A DNA stretch of 64,000 nt from Octopus vulgaris (Eukaryota): NCBI GenBank assembly GCA_951406725.2, contig OX597817.1, positions 81,220,001 through 81,284,000 of the forward strand. Reading direction: 5' to 3'. The notes under the pieces are model-generated. The model worked only from the letters and a program-made list of their open reading frames with translations. It was not told the origin of the DNA and did not search any database. This document shows, in pieces, positions 12,420 to 25,164 of the stretch. A program made the position numbers and the translations under genes. Each line of letters opens with the position of its first letter. Position 1 is the stretch's first letter.

Positions 12420-13765
12420 ACCGTGTCCTTGTCCCCCTAGTGGCTTCCCTCCCCTCTCACGTCCATGACACCAACCATGCGCTTTGCTTGTTCAACTCTT
12501 TCTCCTTCCCTCCTGGCCCCTCTAAACTTCTCTTCATTCTCGCCATCCAGAGCCTTTACACGGTGATCCCTCACCACGAGAGGCTGCGTGCACTCCAACA
12601 TTTTCTTAACCTTCGACTCAACCCCAACCCGACACATCCATACTCGTTCGTCTGACCGAACTTGTCCTCTCCCTCAACTGCTTCTCGTTCGCCGGTGAGT
12701 TTTACCAGCAACCCTCAGGAGTGGCCATGGGAACGAGAATGGGCCCCAACTATGCTAACCTATTCGTTGGCTACGTTGAGGCCCAAATGTTCTCAAGTTT
12801 CACTGGTCCCACCCTCAAATTATACGGCCGTTATATTGACGACTGTATTGGTGCAACCTCACTCTCCCGCGAACATCTAGACTCCTTCCTCTCTTTTGTC
12901 AAAACTTTCCATCCTGCCCTCCACTTCTCTTGCCCTATCTCTGACACCTCTGTCTCCTTTCTTGACATTTCGGTCAGCATTCATCACTCCACTCTCACCA
13001 CCTCCATCCACTACAAACACACAGACTCACACTCATACCTCAACTTCTCTTCCTCCCACCCTAAACACACCAAGCTTTCCATCCCCTATTCCCAATGCCT
13101 TCGGTAACGACCATGATTTTGAGACTCAGTCTCAAATCATGGCTCGCCACTTCATCCTACGTGGATATCCCCTCGCTACTATCCACACTGCCCTTGCCAG
13201 AGTACGTTCCGTGGACCGTTCATCTGCTCTCTCCCCCACGCCCGCCCCGCCGTCTCCCGTTTCCTCTCACCTACCACCCCACCACCCTACCTCTCCAACG
13301 CACCATTCTCCAAGCCTTCCGGCGACTCCAGTCCGACCCCTCCACTTCGCACATCTTCTCTAACCGACCCCTCCCCTCCTTCAAACGAGCCAACAACTTA
13401 GGATATCTCTTGGTCCACAGCTTCTTTCCTAACCCAAGCTCCCAACCCGGCTCGTTCCCCTGCTCCCGCCTATGCTGCCGCACTTGCCCTTTCCTCTCCA
13501 ACACCACCCTCCTCACCGGCACCCATCATCGAACCTATCATATCACCAACTCCTTCACCTGTACTTCTACCAATTTCATCTACTACATCTCCTGCTCTCT
13601 CTCTACCCTTCTCTTTACATCAGGCAAACGGGACGCCGCTTGGCTGACCGGTTCGCAGAACACCTCCGAAACATCCGACTCGACAATGACACCCCGGTCT
13701 CGTGCCATTTCCGCTCTACCAGTCACTCTTTGCAACACTTGTCTGTGTTCGGATTGTCCTTTGTC
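12420..13765 (+). mobile_element. Penelope-like element (RT + GIY-YIG), 5'-truncated and frameshifted
   Basis: GVAMGTRMGPNYANLF..RYIDD; VSFLD; SIPYSQ.LR; C..CRTCP linker; FTCTSTNFIYYISC; YIRQTGRRLADRFAEH. Confidence 0.92.
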
Positions 13766-13825
13766 TTTTGCTTTTTGTGAATCCTTCCCCCCTCCATATA
13801 CATGTGTGTGTGTGTGTGCGTGTGC

Positions 13826-13898
<73 letters not shown>

Positions 13899-14179
13899 AG
13901 TATGACGGGTTATTTTTCAATTTCAGTCAACCAAGTTCACTCACATGCCTTTGATCAGTCCAAGACTATAGTAGAAGACACCTGTCCTAGGTGTCACGCG
14001 GTGAAACTGAACCCGGAACCACAAAACTAGTTTTTAAACATCTTATCACACAGCGACAAGCACATTTTCCAACAAAAATCTTCCAATATTTTTTATCTTG
14101 CTTTCTATAATGAACCTTAAATTAATATTTTATTTTACGATTTTATGTGCCCACTGGGAATAATATAATGTTATACATC

Positions 14180-14893
14180 TGTAGTGGCTTCATGCAGGCA
14201 TAGCGTGAATTCGATCCTCGATAGCCAAATTTCAGCATTTTTCTCGCGGTAAAACAGTAATTTTTCTGTGAATGACAGCAGATACATATGCCAGATGCCT
14301 TCGCTAAGCAAAATAATGTCTTTGCTACTTGACCCTTCTAACTTCTTCTAGGCCACCAAAAATTAGAGTTGAGATATAACAGGTACCACCAACGAAATCT
14401 ATTGTTCTCAACAATATGTCCATCCTTCTAGCTGGTTTTGGATAGTTATAAATACTAGAATTTGGTAAGACAAAATCAGTTAGTGAGAGTGACCATCAGT
14501 TAGTGAAAAGAGACCAACTAGAGTCATGGTCACAAGCAGGCAGCCACTAGAGACCAAATGACCAGAGGGATAAAGAAGGTTACAACCAACCAAATATGAG
14601 GCAATTTCCCTCGACTCTATAACTTTCACTAGTTCAATTTATTTTCTCTTACATCATGCTATCACTATATATGGTTTACTACTACAATAAGAATGTGTAC
14701 ACACATACCGGCCGAAATTAACTCTTTTTACTTAGCATGCTTTTCCATTTACATACCGACCTGTCGTGGTTTTGGATATATACAAAGTAACGGTGAATAA
14801 ATATTTCTTTACAACTTCGATCACTGTTTTTTTCATCTTACAAATGGCAACCAACAGCTATTACATTTACCGTTACAATTGGTGACCCCCGAC
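14180..14893 (+). mobile_element. LTR of a Gypsy-like retrotransposon plus primer-binding site
   Basis: Termini TGTAGTGG...CCGTTACA (14180-14877), internal TATA-like sequence and AATAAA (~14796), followed by TGGTGACCCCCGAC, which resembles the complement of the tRNA-Trp 3' end. Confidence 0.55.
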
Positions 14894-15420
14894 TGCAACG
14901 AAGAACTCTACCATTACACAACTATTAAGTAAAGGTGCAAGGCTCAGTGGTTAGAGCGTCAAGTTTACAATCGTGAGCAGTGTTCTTGAGCAAGATATTT
15001 TATTTCACATTGCTTCAGGTATAGAAATGTATTGTGACGTCATTGGTGCCAAGCTGTATCACTCTTTGCCTTTCCCTTGGGTAACATCGACAGTGTAGAG
15101 AGGGGAGGGTGGTATGCATAGGTGATTGCTGGTCCTCCACAAACAATCTTGCCCGAACTTGTGCCTCAGAGGGCAACTTTCTAGGTTCAATTTCATGGTC
15201 ATTTGTGGCCGAAGTAGGTCTTAAACCTATATACATCTATTAGGCCCCTTTTTGTATGTAACCTTTGAAAATACTTAACGTCACTGGATCTTCGCCTCTG
15301 AATCCTTACACGTGTGTAATAATAATAATTTTTAAAACAAGTTGGATTGCCTTTTAACGGAGCTTGAAATATCTGGTTTATGGATATACAACTATTTGTG
15401 TTGTTGCTGTTAGTGTAGAC

Positions 15421-16011
15421 CAGTGGTTCTCAACCAGGGTCCGTATAGCCCCTGAGTGTCCATGTAAGATTGGGGTGGGGGTCCAAGCAACAAAATAATA
15501 GATTGGGAATCCCCAATAGTATTTTGTGGGTCCCTGAAAAAATTCTGCCCAAGATATTTGTATTGGTATGTATTTATTTCTTTATTGCCCACAAGGGGCT
15601 AAACATAGAGGGGACAAACAAAGGGATTAAGTCGATTATATCGACTCCAGTGCGTAACTGGTACTTATTTAATCGACCCCGAAAGGATGAAAAGCAAAGT
15701 CGACCTTGGCGGCATTTGAACTCAGAACGTAACGGCAGACGAATTACCGCTAAGCATTTCGCCCGGCATGCTAACGATTCTTCCAGCTCGCCGCCCTTTG
15801 TATTGGCATGTATTGCAAGAAACACCTAGGTTTCTTTCTCGAACGTTTTACATAGCTCAACCTACACAGGTTGATGGGTGAAAAACAAAATAGGAATTTT
15901 GAAAGAAGTTTCTATAAAACTAGTTTTTAAACATCGAATGACTATGGGAGTCCTCCTGAATAAAATAGAAATCAAAGAGGCCCATAGATAAAATATGGTT
16001 AAGAACCCATG
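15421..16011. mobile_element. hAT (Charlie-like) MITE with 8-bp TSD
   Basis: TIRs cagtggttctcaacc / ggttaagaacccatg; TSD gtgtagac (15413-15420) / gcgtagac (16012-16019). Confidence 0.85.
15575..15796 (-). mobile_element. Nin-domain SINE (family B) nested in the hAT MITE
   Basis: Core ctttcatcctttcggggtcgattaaataagtacc resembles the Nin/Deu domain; 18-bp TSD tttgtattggYatgtatt (15557-15574 / 15797-15814). Confidence 0.85.
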
Positions 16012-16624
16012 GCGTAGACTAGAATATTCCTTGTTAGAATTATGTGTAAAAAAAATTAATAATTTTACTTCTTTTTTTATTATTTCCAGAAGGAAATAAC
16101 GTTAAAATCTGTTTCAAATTTTGGCACCGAAAGGATGAATGGCGAAGTTTATGGTGTTGTAATTTGAACTCATAAATTATTGACTCAGAAGAAATGCCGC
16201 TAAGCACTTATTTTTTCTGCCGACGAGATAACAACTCTGTCAGCTCGCCACCATAACTTTAGATGAATCTCAATGTTAATAAAATTCAACAATGTAAGGA
16301 GTTGCCTCCCTTGTATGTGTCTATCGGTTTCTGTATTGTCTTTAAAATAAAGGTTATAAGATCATAAATCTTGAAATATCATTCTTATTATCAAGCAGGA
16401 TGTCTTTAGTATTAACGCTGGTAAGATGCTACTGTTAAATCCAAAGTGATACACGCACATAAGCATCTTTTGTCATTAGAATCGATTGTAATGTTCTACC
16501 TTTAGCAACGTTCAATACGAATTAAGAGGTTGTCTCCCTTCAACCGCAAACTGACTATGATAACTAAAGGGTAATGTTAACGTTATTTCGTGCTTATTAA
16601 GACAGTTCACGGACATAATCGTTG

Positions 16625-17170
16625 GCGAGCCTCACAGAAACGTTAGTACACCGGGCAAAATACTCAACGGTATTTCGTCTGCCGTTATGTTCTGAGTTCA
16701 AATGCCGCCGAGGTCGACTTTGCCTTTCATCCTTTCGGGGTCGATTAAATAAGTACCAATTACGCACCGGGGGTCGATATAATCGACTTAATCCGTTTGT
16801 CTGTCCTTATTTGTCCTCTTTGTGGGTAATAAAGAAATAGGTATTTCGTCTGCTGTTATGTTCTGAGTTCAAATTCCGCCGAGGTCGACTTTGCCTTTCA
16901 TCCTTTCGAGGACGATAAATTAAGTACCAGTTGTGTACTGAGATCGATGTACTCGACTTAATCCCTTTGTCTTTGTTTGTCCCCTCTATGTTTAGCCCCT
17001 TGTGGGCAATAAAGAAATAGGAAATAAGAATCGTTAGCGTGCCAAAACAAAATTCTTAGCGGCTCCTCTTCCGGTTTCACGTTCTGAGTTCAAATGCCGC
17101 CGAGATCGACTTTGCCTTTCATCCTTTCGGTGTCGGTGAAATAAGTACCACTCGAGTATCTGTGGTCGAA
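16625..17170 (+). mobile_element. Tandem array of three Nin-SINE units
   Basis: gttctgagttcaaat.ccgccgaggtcgactttgcctttcatcctttcg occurs three times. Confidence 0.85.
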
Positions 17171-17485
17171 TGTAATTGACTAAAATTTCATGACTTATGC
17201 ATATACTATAAAGGATAGGGCTTATTAATTAAAAACAAAATGCCGATTAAAAATGGAGAGCTGGCAGAATCGTGAGAGCATCAGACACAAGGCTTTATAA
17301 TATTTCATCCGGCTCTGTCCGATGAACAGGAACGTGAAACTCTGAGCAGCAGTTCTTTGTGCTATTTTTTGCAACATTTCTGCAGCTTTAATAATAATAA
17401 AGCATATTGCTCTACCTCCGGTATTCGAGCACTATTTTTCACCACCTATTTTCACATTTATGTACTTACTTTGGTATATATATAT

Positions 17486-17890
17486 TCTTTTACTCTTTTA
17501 CTTGTTTCAGTCATTTGATTGCGGCCATGCTGGAGCATCGCCTTTAATCGAGCAACTCGACCCTGGGACTTATTCTTTTGTAAGCCCAGTACTTATTCTA
17601 TCGGTCTCTTTTGCCGAACCGCTAAGTAACGGGGACATAAACACACCAGCATCGGTTGTCAAGCAATGCTAGGGGGACAAACACATTCACACAAACACAC
17701 ACACGCATATATATACATACATATATACGACAGGCTTCTTTCAGTTTCCGTCTACCAAATCCACTCACAAGGCTTTGGTCGGCCCGAGGCTATAGTAGAA
17801 GACACCTGCCCGAGACGCCATGCAGTAGGACTGAACCCGGAACCATGTGGTTAGTAAACAAGCTACTTACCACACAGCCACTCCAGCGCC
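17486..17890 (-). mobile_element. SINE family A, full length
   Basis: Reverse complement of the family A consensus. Confidence 0.85.
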
Positions 17891-18009
17891 TATATATATA
17901 TGAATTTAGCACAATTTCAACCTTTGTTGTTTTCCTATGTAACATGTTTTATATGGATATTTTTAACCCATATATATATATTAAATGTAATATTTTGGTT
18001 GCTCTTCAG

Positions 18010-18082
18010 AAATGCTGGAATGGGTTTAGCAAGTACTGCATCAAGAATTGGAAGTATGTTATCACCATTTTCTGGTATTCTG
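18010..18082 (+). CDS. SLC22-like exon (TM11)
   Basis: cttcag|A ... CTG|gtaagt. Translates (R)NAGMGLASTASRIGSMLSPFSGIL. Confidence 0.93.
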
Positions 18083-19597
18083 GTAAGTTAAAACCATGTT
18101 GTTTTACTTTCTATCAAATTTTACATGATTGTATCAGTGATTTTAAATAGGCATACTCAGTCACATCAGTTTCCGTGCCAACCACATTAATTCAATGTCC
18201 CAAATCACTTATTAATGCAAAAGTGTGACAAAAATTCCCCACATGATTCACACACAACATCTGCATAAATGAACCATAGCTAAGTCAGTGTTAAGAGATT
18301 TGATATATGAAATATTAAAAATTCAAGAGCTCAACATAATCCTCTGGTTCGTTAGTTCTTGTTGTATCATTCAACTAATGCCAACATGGAAAACAGGTGT
18401 TAATTGCTGAGGAGGATGATGCAAAAAAAACCAATAGTCATCAATAAGAAACTGTCACAATATATGGTTATTTATGTTATGATTGTCATAGAATGAAAGA
18501 TGTGAGATGTTTATGGTTTGAGTTGGATTCTGGCTGCATATAATGAATGCATAACACTCATAGACAATTAACAGACTTGTATTTCACTGCACAAATATTT
18601 TCAATGTTGGTCGTGAATTAAAAATGTGACAACAAAATTTACACACTGCAAGGATAATTCTGTAGCTATTATAAATATTTGATTAAGAAAGCTCTGTAAA
18701 TAAGATGCCACAGCAGGAGAAAATATATCACACTGGGTTCATGACAATGAATTATAGCTGCTGTCTAGGTTGAGTAAAGAGCCATTAGAATGACTGTTAA
18801 AAGCAGCAAAATGAGAGTGTGCTTAGCTTAGCTGTGGGTGCCCACAAACTGAAATCTGGCACTCAAAACATGCTTGTTTATAGGCCTTGTAAGGAAATAT
18901 TCTAAAGGCTTCTAGAAAGATCATCATATGATGCCTCGATGTTGATTGGTCCATAACTTAGCCTGACATATTAAAAGGCTGTTACTAAGCTGTGATTTTA
19001 ACTTGACAATTTGTTAATTCAGCTTCAAATCTTGCTACAAAAGAATGCTTTAATTATTCCTGAAGCAAACTAGTGATTGGCCTGTTGGAAGTTTCTCAGT
19101 AATGAGAGTATTGTTCACAAACTGTGATATGAAATAAAAATATGGGAGATAATTCTAGACATGGAAAGTTCACTTAATTAATTTTATAACAAACAAATAC
19201 AAGGGAAATTCATTAAACATTTAAGAGGATATGTGTGGCCTTATAAAATACAACAGCTGTAACTAAAAAGACTTGTTAGTCTGCCTCTTGACATGTATTA
19301 GGATGATTTATACCATTTCAGGAGGACTCAATAGCCATAATCAAACAAAACCCTCTAAAATTTGCAAACTATTTTGTATATTTAAGAAGTAACATGATAT
19401 CTACAGAGGAGAATGTAAAAATGTCTTGTGTAAAAATGGGCTTTTCTTGATGGCCTTGGCATTATTTAGAAGTTATTACTACCTCTGATACTAGAATCTT
19501 CTTCCATTCTAGTATGGAATCAGTGCTACTGCATTGATTCACTGCTTGGACACTCTTCAAACACATAAGGATAAAACTTGATGGTATATTTTTGCCA

Positions 19598-19830
19598 GCG
19601 GCGAGCTGGTAAAAACGTTAGCACGCCGGGCGAAATGCTTAGCGGTATTTCGTCTGCGTTACGTTGTGAGTTCAAATTTCGCCGAGGTCGACTTTGCCTT
19701 TCATCCTTTCGGGGTCGATAAATTAAGTACCAGTTATGCACTGGGGTCGATGTAATCGACTTAATACCTATGTCTGTCCTTGTTTGTCCCCTCTGTGTTT
19801 AGCCCCTTGTGGGTAATAAAGAAATAGGTA
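19598..19830 (+). mobile_element. Nin-SINE (family B), full length
   Basis: gcggcgagctgg...gcctttcatcctttcggggtcgataaattaagtacc...ccccttgtgggtaataaagaaatag; flanked by ggtatatttttgcc on both sides (TSD). Confidence 0.85.
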
Positions 19831-20132
19831 TATTTTTGCCTGTATATTATATATTACCAAACATTTAGAACAGTCATGGGCAAACTGTGGCTCATAGGTC
19901 TTTCTGAATGGTACACCTAATGAGAAATTACCATGAGCTTTTATGTAGTGCAGCTCACCTGATGATGAGCTGTGTCATATGCTACCTGCTTCTCAAAAAT
20001 GGTTACCCATGCCTGATTTTGATTATTGTTTCAAAAAAGAATCCAATATACAATTGGCTATATGACAGTCTTTTTGCAATCCCTGATGTTGTTAGAGTGA
20101 TGCATGCGTTTTGTATCTTCATTGTAGCATTT

Positions 20133-20182
<50 letters not shown>

Positions 20183-20814
20183 TCTTGATGTATTCTTTTT
20201 GTAGTTGTTGCTTTGATGTAAACTTTTTCTCTTGAATTTGTTAACAATATTAACCTATTTATAAAACCCCCTCATGAAAGGTTAAAAATCTGTTAAATAT
20301 AAAAGTTAACAGCAAAGCTAGAAGTCTTGTGTAGGTTATGCAGTAGTAGACACAGTTGTCAGCTTTGGTATGCAACAGAAAAATGCATTGAATGACCCAG
20401 AGGGTGGGTATTTTATGAGGAGATTTTCATTACAACTAGATTAAGGAGCTTACTTCCCCCCACCCCACCCCCAAAGGGTAGTTTGTTCCATGTATCCATT
20501 TAACAACCCATTCCTTTCAATATGGATAGTGAAGCACAATACTGATTTATAAAAACGTCATGTACAGCAAAGCAAGATCTCATAAGTGATACACTCTTAC
20601 CCCTGACAAGGGTATTGGTAGGTTGATCCAATGACTTACTCTTTTACTCGTTTCAGTCATTTGACTGCGGCCATGCTGGAGCACTGCCTTTAGTCGAGGA
20701 AATTGACCCCAGGACTTATTCTTTGTAAGCCTAGTACTTTTGCCGAACCGCTAAGTTATGGGGACGTAAACCCACCACCATCGGTTGTCAACTGATGTTG
20801 GGGGAGGGGGGAGA

Positions 20815-21330
20815 CACACTTCCAGAAACTTTTTTTTTTGTTTGTATGCAGAATTATCAAAGCATGGAACAAACTATTCACATTGGTTGTTAACAGTCAG
20901 AACACTGCATCCTATGCTTCCCGAAATTCACCAATACTACTCCCTATACACTTTTTCCTCTCTCTGACTCTTTTACTGTTTGTTCACTCTTCCATCCGTT
21001 TGTTTAATTCTGTGTGTTGAACATCCACATTTGGCTTTCCTTGCTGCCTTTCTTCACTTGACTTTCAGAAACATTTCTTCATACTCAGAATTAACAAAAC
21101 ATACAATAAACTACCTACATCAGTTGTTAGCTATCAAGATGCTGCATCCTTCAAAAACTCCATACTTACCAAAATTCACTAACACTATTCCTGATGTGCC
21201 TATGCATCTTTTCCTCTTTATGACTCTTTTATTGTTCATTTTCCTGCCTTTTTGTGTTTTATTCTGTGTCTGCTTTCTGTCCCTTCTTTTAACCTTTGAA
21301 GTTCATCTGAGTATTATATACAATAAGTTC
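20815..21330 (+). mobile_element. Two tandem degenerate CR1/L2-type LINE 3' ends
   Basis: RNFFF..RIIKAWNKL...VV motif; 20850-21030 resembles 21085-21270. Confidence 0.5.
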
Positions 21331-21367
21331 ATTATTATCATTGTTATTAATGTAATATACTTTATAG

Positions 21368-21680
21368 TAGTGGGTTGTCCAGAAAGTTTGTGCCGATTTT
21401 TAAAGGAAAGAAAAAGGTCGATAAATACTTGCCATTACATTTTTAATCAACCAAATATGAACTATTTTGTTGCACAAAGCGTCCCCATCTTTCCTTTAAC
21501 TTGAAAATACCCTCTTCCCAGAATTGAGGGGGTTTCATGGCAAAGAATTCATCAAGGTATCTTTTTACGTCATCCAAGGAATTGAAATTTTTACCATTAA
21601 GACTATTCTGCAGAGACCTGAATAAGTGGAAATCCGAAGGAGCAAAATCTGGTGAATATGGAGGGTGGGGTAACATATCC
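21368..21680 (-). mobile_element. mariner (DD34D) 3' fragment with terminal repeat
   Basis: LPHPPYSPDFAPSDFHLFRSLQNSLNGKNF...WEEGIFKLKERW; near-identical to 46655-47010. Confidence 0.9.
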
Positions 21681-22042
21681 CTACAGAATGACTGTCAAAA
21701 GCAGCAAAATGAGAGTGTGGTTAGCTTAGCTGTGGGTGCTCACAAACTGAAATCTGGCACCTAAGGCATGCTTGTTTATAGGCCTTGTAAGGAAATATTC
21801 TAGAGGCTTCTATAAAGATCATCATATGATGCCTCAATGTTGAATAGTCTATAACTTAGCCTGTTACTTCTGGGGTTGATTTTGTCTTTCATCCTTTCAG
21901 AGTCAATAAAATAAGTACCAGCTGAGCACTGGGGTCAATGTAATCGACTTTCTCCCTTCACCCAAAATTGGTGGCCCTATGCCAAATTTTGAAACCAGTA
22001 TTTATTTCTATTTATTAATATGGTTATTTTGACAAATTACAG

Positions 22043-22279
22043 GCTCGCTACATCTCTTGGGGACCGAGTGTGATCTTCGCATTTTTCTGCCTAGTTGCCA
22101 ACTTGTTGGTATTAGCTTTGCCAGAGACAGGACACAGGCAGCTTCCGCAGTCTGTAGGAGATATCAGGCGCTGGAGTGATGAGCGTGATGAGACATGGGA
22201 TTCTCAGACTCTACAGCAAATGGTTAGATTGATTGTAATGGGGTCACCACAAACAGATGACAGAGGAAGAAGAACTTAA
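22043..22279 (+). CDS. SLC22-like terminal coding exon (TM12, PET..LP motif, stop)
   Basis: ttacag|GCT. Translates ARYISWGPSVIFAFFCLVANLLVLALPETGHRQLPQSVGDIRRW...RRT*. Confidence 0.9.
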   Translation, partial: ARYISWGPSVIFAFFCLVANLLVLALPETGHRQLPQSVGDIRRWSDERDETWDSQTLQQMVRLIVMGSPQTDDRGRRT

Positions 22280-22365
22280 AAGTAAAACAGTATTGTTATT
22301 TTATATGGAAAGAGTAAAAAATATGATATATTCAAATATTTGGGAAAGAAAAGTTCTTTATTTAA

Positions 22366-22586
22366 CCCTTTTGAAACCATTTTGTTTGAGACTGTCCTTG
22401 GTTCTCTGAAATAAACTTCCTGTTTTAAAGTGACCTAAACTTAAAACCTGTCATCAAAATTTCATGTTAATTTATGTTCCAAACACCAAATTAATGTGAC
22501 AATTATTTTACTAAATTCTTCATTATCTTTCAAAATTAATTAAAACAAAGGTAGTGTGTTTCAACAGAAATATGGTAACAAAAGGG
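22366..22586. mobile_element. piggyBac-like MITE in the SLC22 3'UTR region
   Basis: TTAA|cccttttgaaaccat ... atggtaacaaaaggg|TTAG; related copy at ~40845-41067. Confidence 0.75.
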
Positions 22587-23941
22587 TTAGAACTTCTCAA
22601 AAGTAAAGAAATACAATGACTTATAAGTGTCTTTGATGACAGAATATTTGTAATGGAAGTTTTGGTTATAAAATGGATTCTTGTTACTATCAAAATAAAC
22701 GATTTTTGTTTTATTTTAAAAAGCAAAAATGTTATAACTTTTACAATTTTTCGCCTTTTTATTTATTTATTTATTTATTTTTGTTAAGGGTAAAACTTAA
22801 ACTTTCCTATGTTTACAGCCATTATGAGAAATTATTAAAGAAGCAACTAGAAACTTTACTGATATGTTATATCCAAGTAGATATTTCAACTGTTTGTGAA
22901 TTCATATGTCTTAATTGATAGTGTCTTATCATTGAAATTAGAACATGACTTTATTTACTTCAAACTGAACTGTGGAAGACTCTATACGAAGCATGCACAA
23001 CCTTATCCAAGAAGCAACCCACACCAGACATGATTCATTATCAAGTCGGATGCACCAATAAGAAAAAAAAAACTGGTGGTAATTTTTCGTTGGAGTAGAC
23101 CAATTGTAGAGGGAACATGTGGAAGGGGTAGACTCAGGAAGATATGGGATAAAGTGGTGAGAAAGGATCTACAAACACTGGGACTCACAGAAGGGATAAC
23201 AGGGGGCTCAGACTCCTGGTAGTTTGCTGTGCTTGAAAAACAGGTGGTGGTGGTGGTGGAGGTGGTGGTGATGATGATGATGCCATTTAGAAAGTTACAT
23301 GTGTCATATGTGGACCACAGGCGAGAGATTGTCCATCACTGCTCTACAGGGTCATTTGACCTGCTAGAAATGCCAGTCAAATCTCTTAGAAATTGTGTCC
23401 TATTATCTTCAAAAAAGCTATGTCCTGTCTCCTCTCACTTTCTTTTCTACAGCTATTACAGCAGCCTCTGCACTTGGTTGTTAGCTAGTCCCTTGTCCCC
23501 TCCTATTATCACCTACATTGTGTCTTACAATGTACAAAATCTTACACTAACCCCTGTCCCTGGTCTTTTTTCCCTTGAACTTCAACTCCCTAGAAATCCC
23601 TTTTGACCATGGGTTTCCTGCACCAGAACTACTCTGAAGGATAAACAGCAACAACAACAAATAACCACAACCTATCTAAGTAGCTTCTACATAATCAAAC
23701 AATCTGCTAGAAATAACAGCTAAGTTTCCTTCAAATCACTCCTCACCTATTGCCTTAACAAAAAAAAAAGGGACACATGATAATGTAGCGGTGAAAATGA
23801 AAATAGCAGATTAATCAATGCTGAAACCCCAACAACTGATCGTAAGTTCAGCTGAATCAGAGCTTAACAACAACAACAACAACAACAACCACAACAATAA
23901 CAATAAATATATATTTCCAACAAATATTTTTTTTATGAATA

Positions 23942-23947
23942 TTTATT
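23942..23947 (-). terminator. Candidate polyadenylation signal for ZNF236
   Basis: AATAAA on the - strand ~1.2 kb after the stop codon, followed on that strand by a GU-rich (GTT)n tract at 23866-23905. Confidence 0.4.
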
Positions 23948-24215
23948 GAAACAATTAATTTGTGTTAATTATAGTCCATATTATTTTTGTTGATTTTTTT
24001 TTAATATTATTCTTCTTATTATTATTATTAATATTATTATGTCTTCTTTGTTTAGTTCTTTGTACAACTTAAGGCAGCTGGCAAGATTTGAGTCGACAAC
24101 AGTCTGAGAAAGTTATTTGATATTTGTGGTGGTGGCACAAGATGTGTGTGTGTGTGTTTAAATATACATATGTACACACACACACACACACACACATACA
24201 TACATAAATATATAT

Positions 24216-24248
<33 letters not shown>

Positions 24249-24409
24249 TATATACATATATATATATGTTCAAGATGTGTATGCAATAAATTTTTTAAAA
24301 ACTGAAGTGTATGGTTGCCACTTATCAAAGCAGAGATGGATTTAAATCTAGAGTAAACTTATTTAACCAGAATTTCAAAGAAGAAATTCTAAAAATCACA
24401 TCATCATTT

Positions 24410-24452
<43 letters not shown>

Positions 24453-24994
24453 TAAAAAAAATAATAATGAACTTTTTTATAGATGAGGCACAAAGCCAAG
24501 ATATTTTTTATAAAGGAAAATGGTACTGTTGTTTGAAGTGACTCTCAGTCAATATTAATACAAGTATACTCTCTTTTTTCTTTTTTTATCGATCCACTTG
24601 ATGGATGAAGGGCAAAAATCAATCAGAAAGGATTTGGAGCTCAGAACTGTATGGCAATAGTAGTCCAGCTCTCTACTGTCATTGCTAACTCCACTGCCCT
24701 AATAATGATAATAAATAAATAAATATATATATATGCATGTTGTATGTGTGTGTGTGTATGAATGTGTGTGTGTGTGTATGAATGTGTGTGTGTGTGTGTA
24801 TTGATTTGCAGATTTCAGGCAATGAAAATGTTGGTCCTCAAAAGAAATTCTTTTACAGATATATATATATATATATATTCATTACTCTTTTTATAAATTT
24901 CTTTCTTTATTCTTGCATATTTTTTTTTTTACATTCTCTCATTGAAAAATTTCAATCAAAAAAGAACCATCAAAATCAACTGAATGCTTATTGA

Positions 24995-25049
<55 letters not shown>

Positions 25050-25164
25050 TTTACTTTCCCAAAAATACTGGAGCTAGATTCAGTAATAACTTCTATACAT
25101 TGGGATTTTTCGGGATTTTTTTTTTTACCAATAGCTGTGACATTCCTCCAGCATTGTCCTGCCA

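Noticed and set aside
18150-19570. Possible decayed transposase region
   Set aside because: No diagnostic motif could be recovered by eye.
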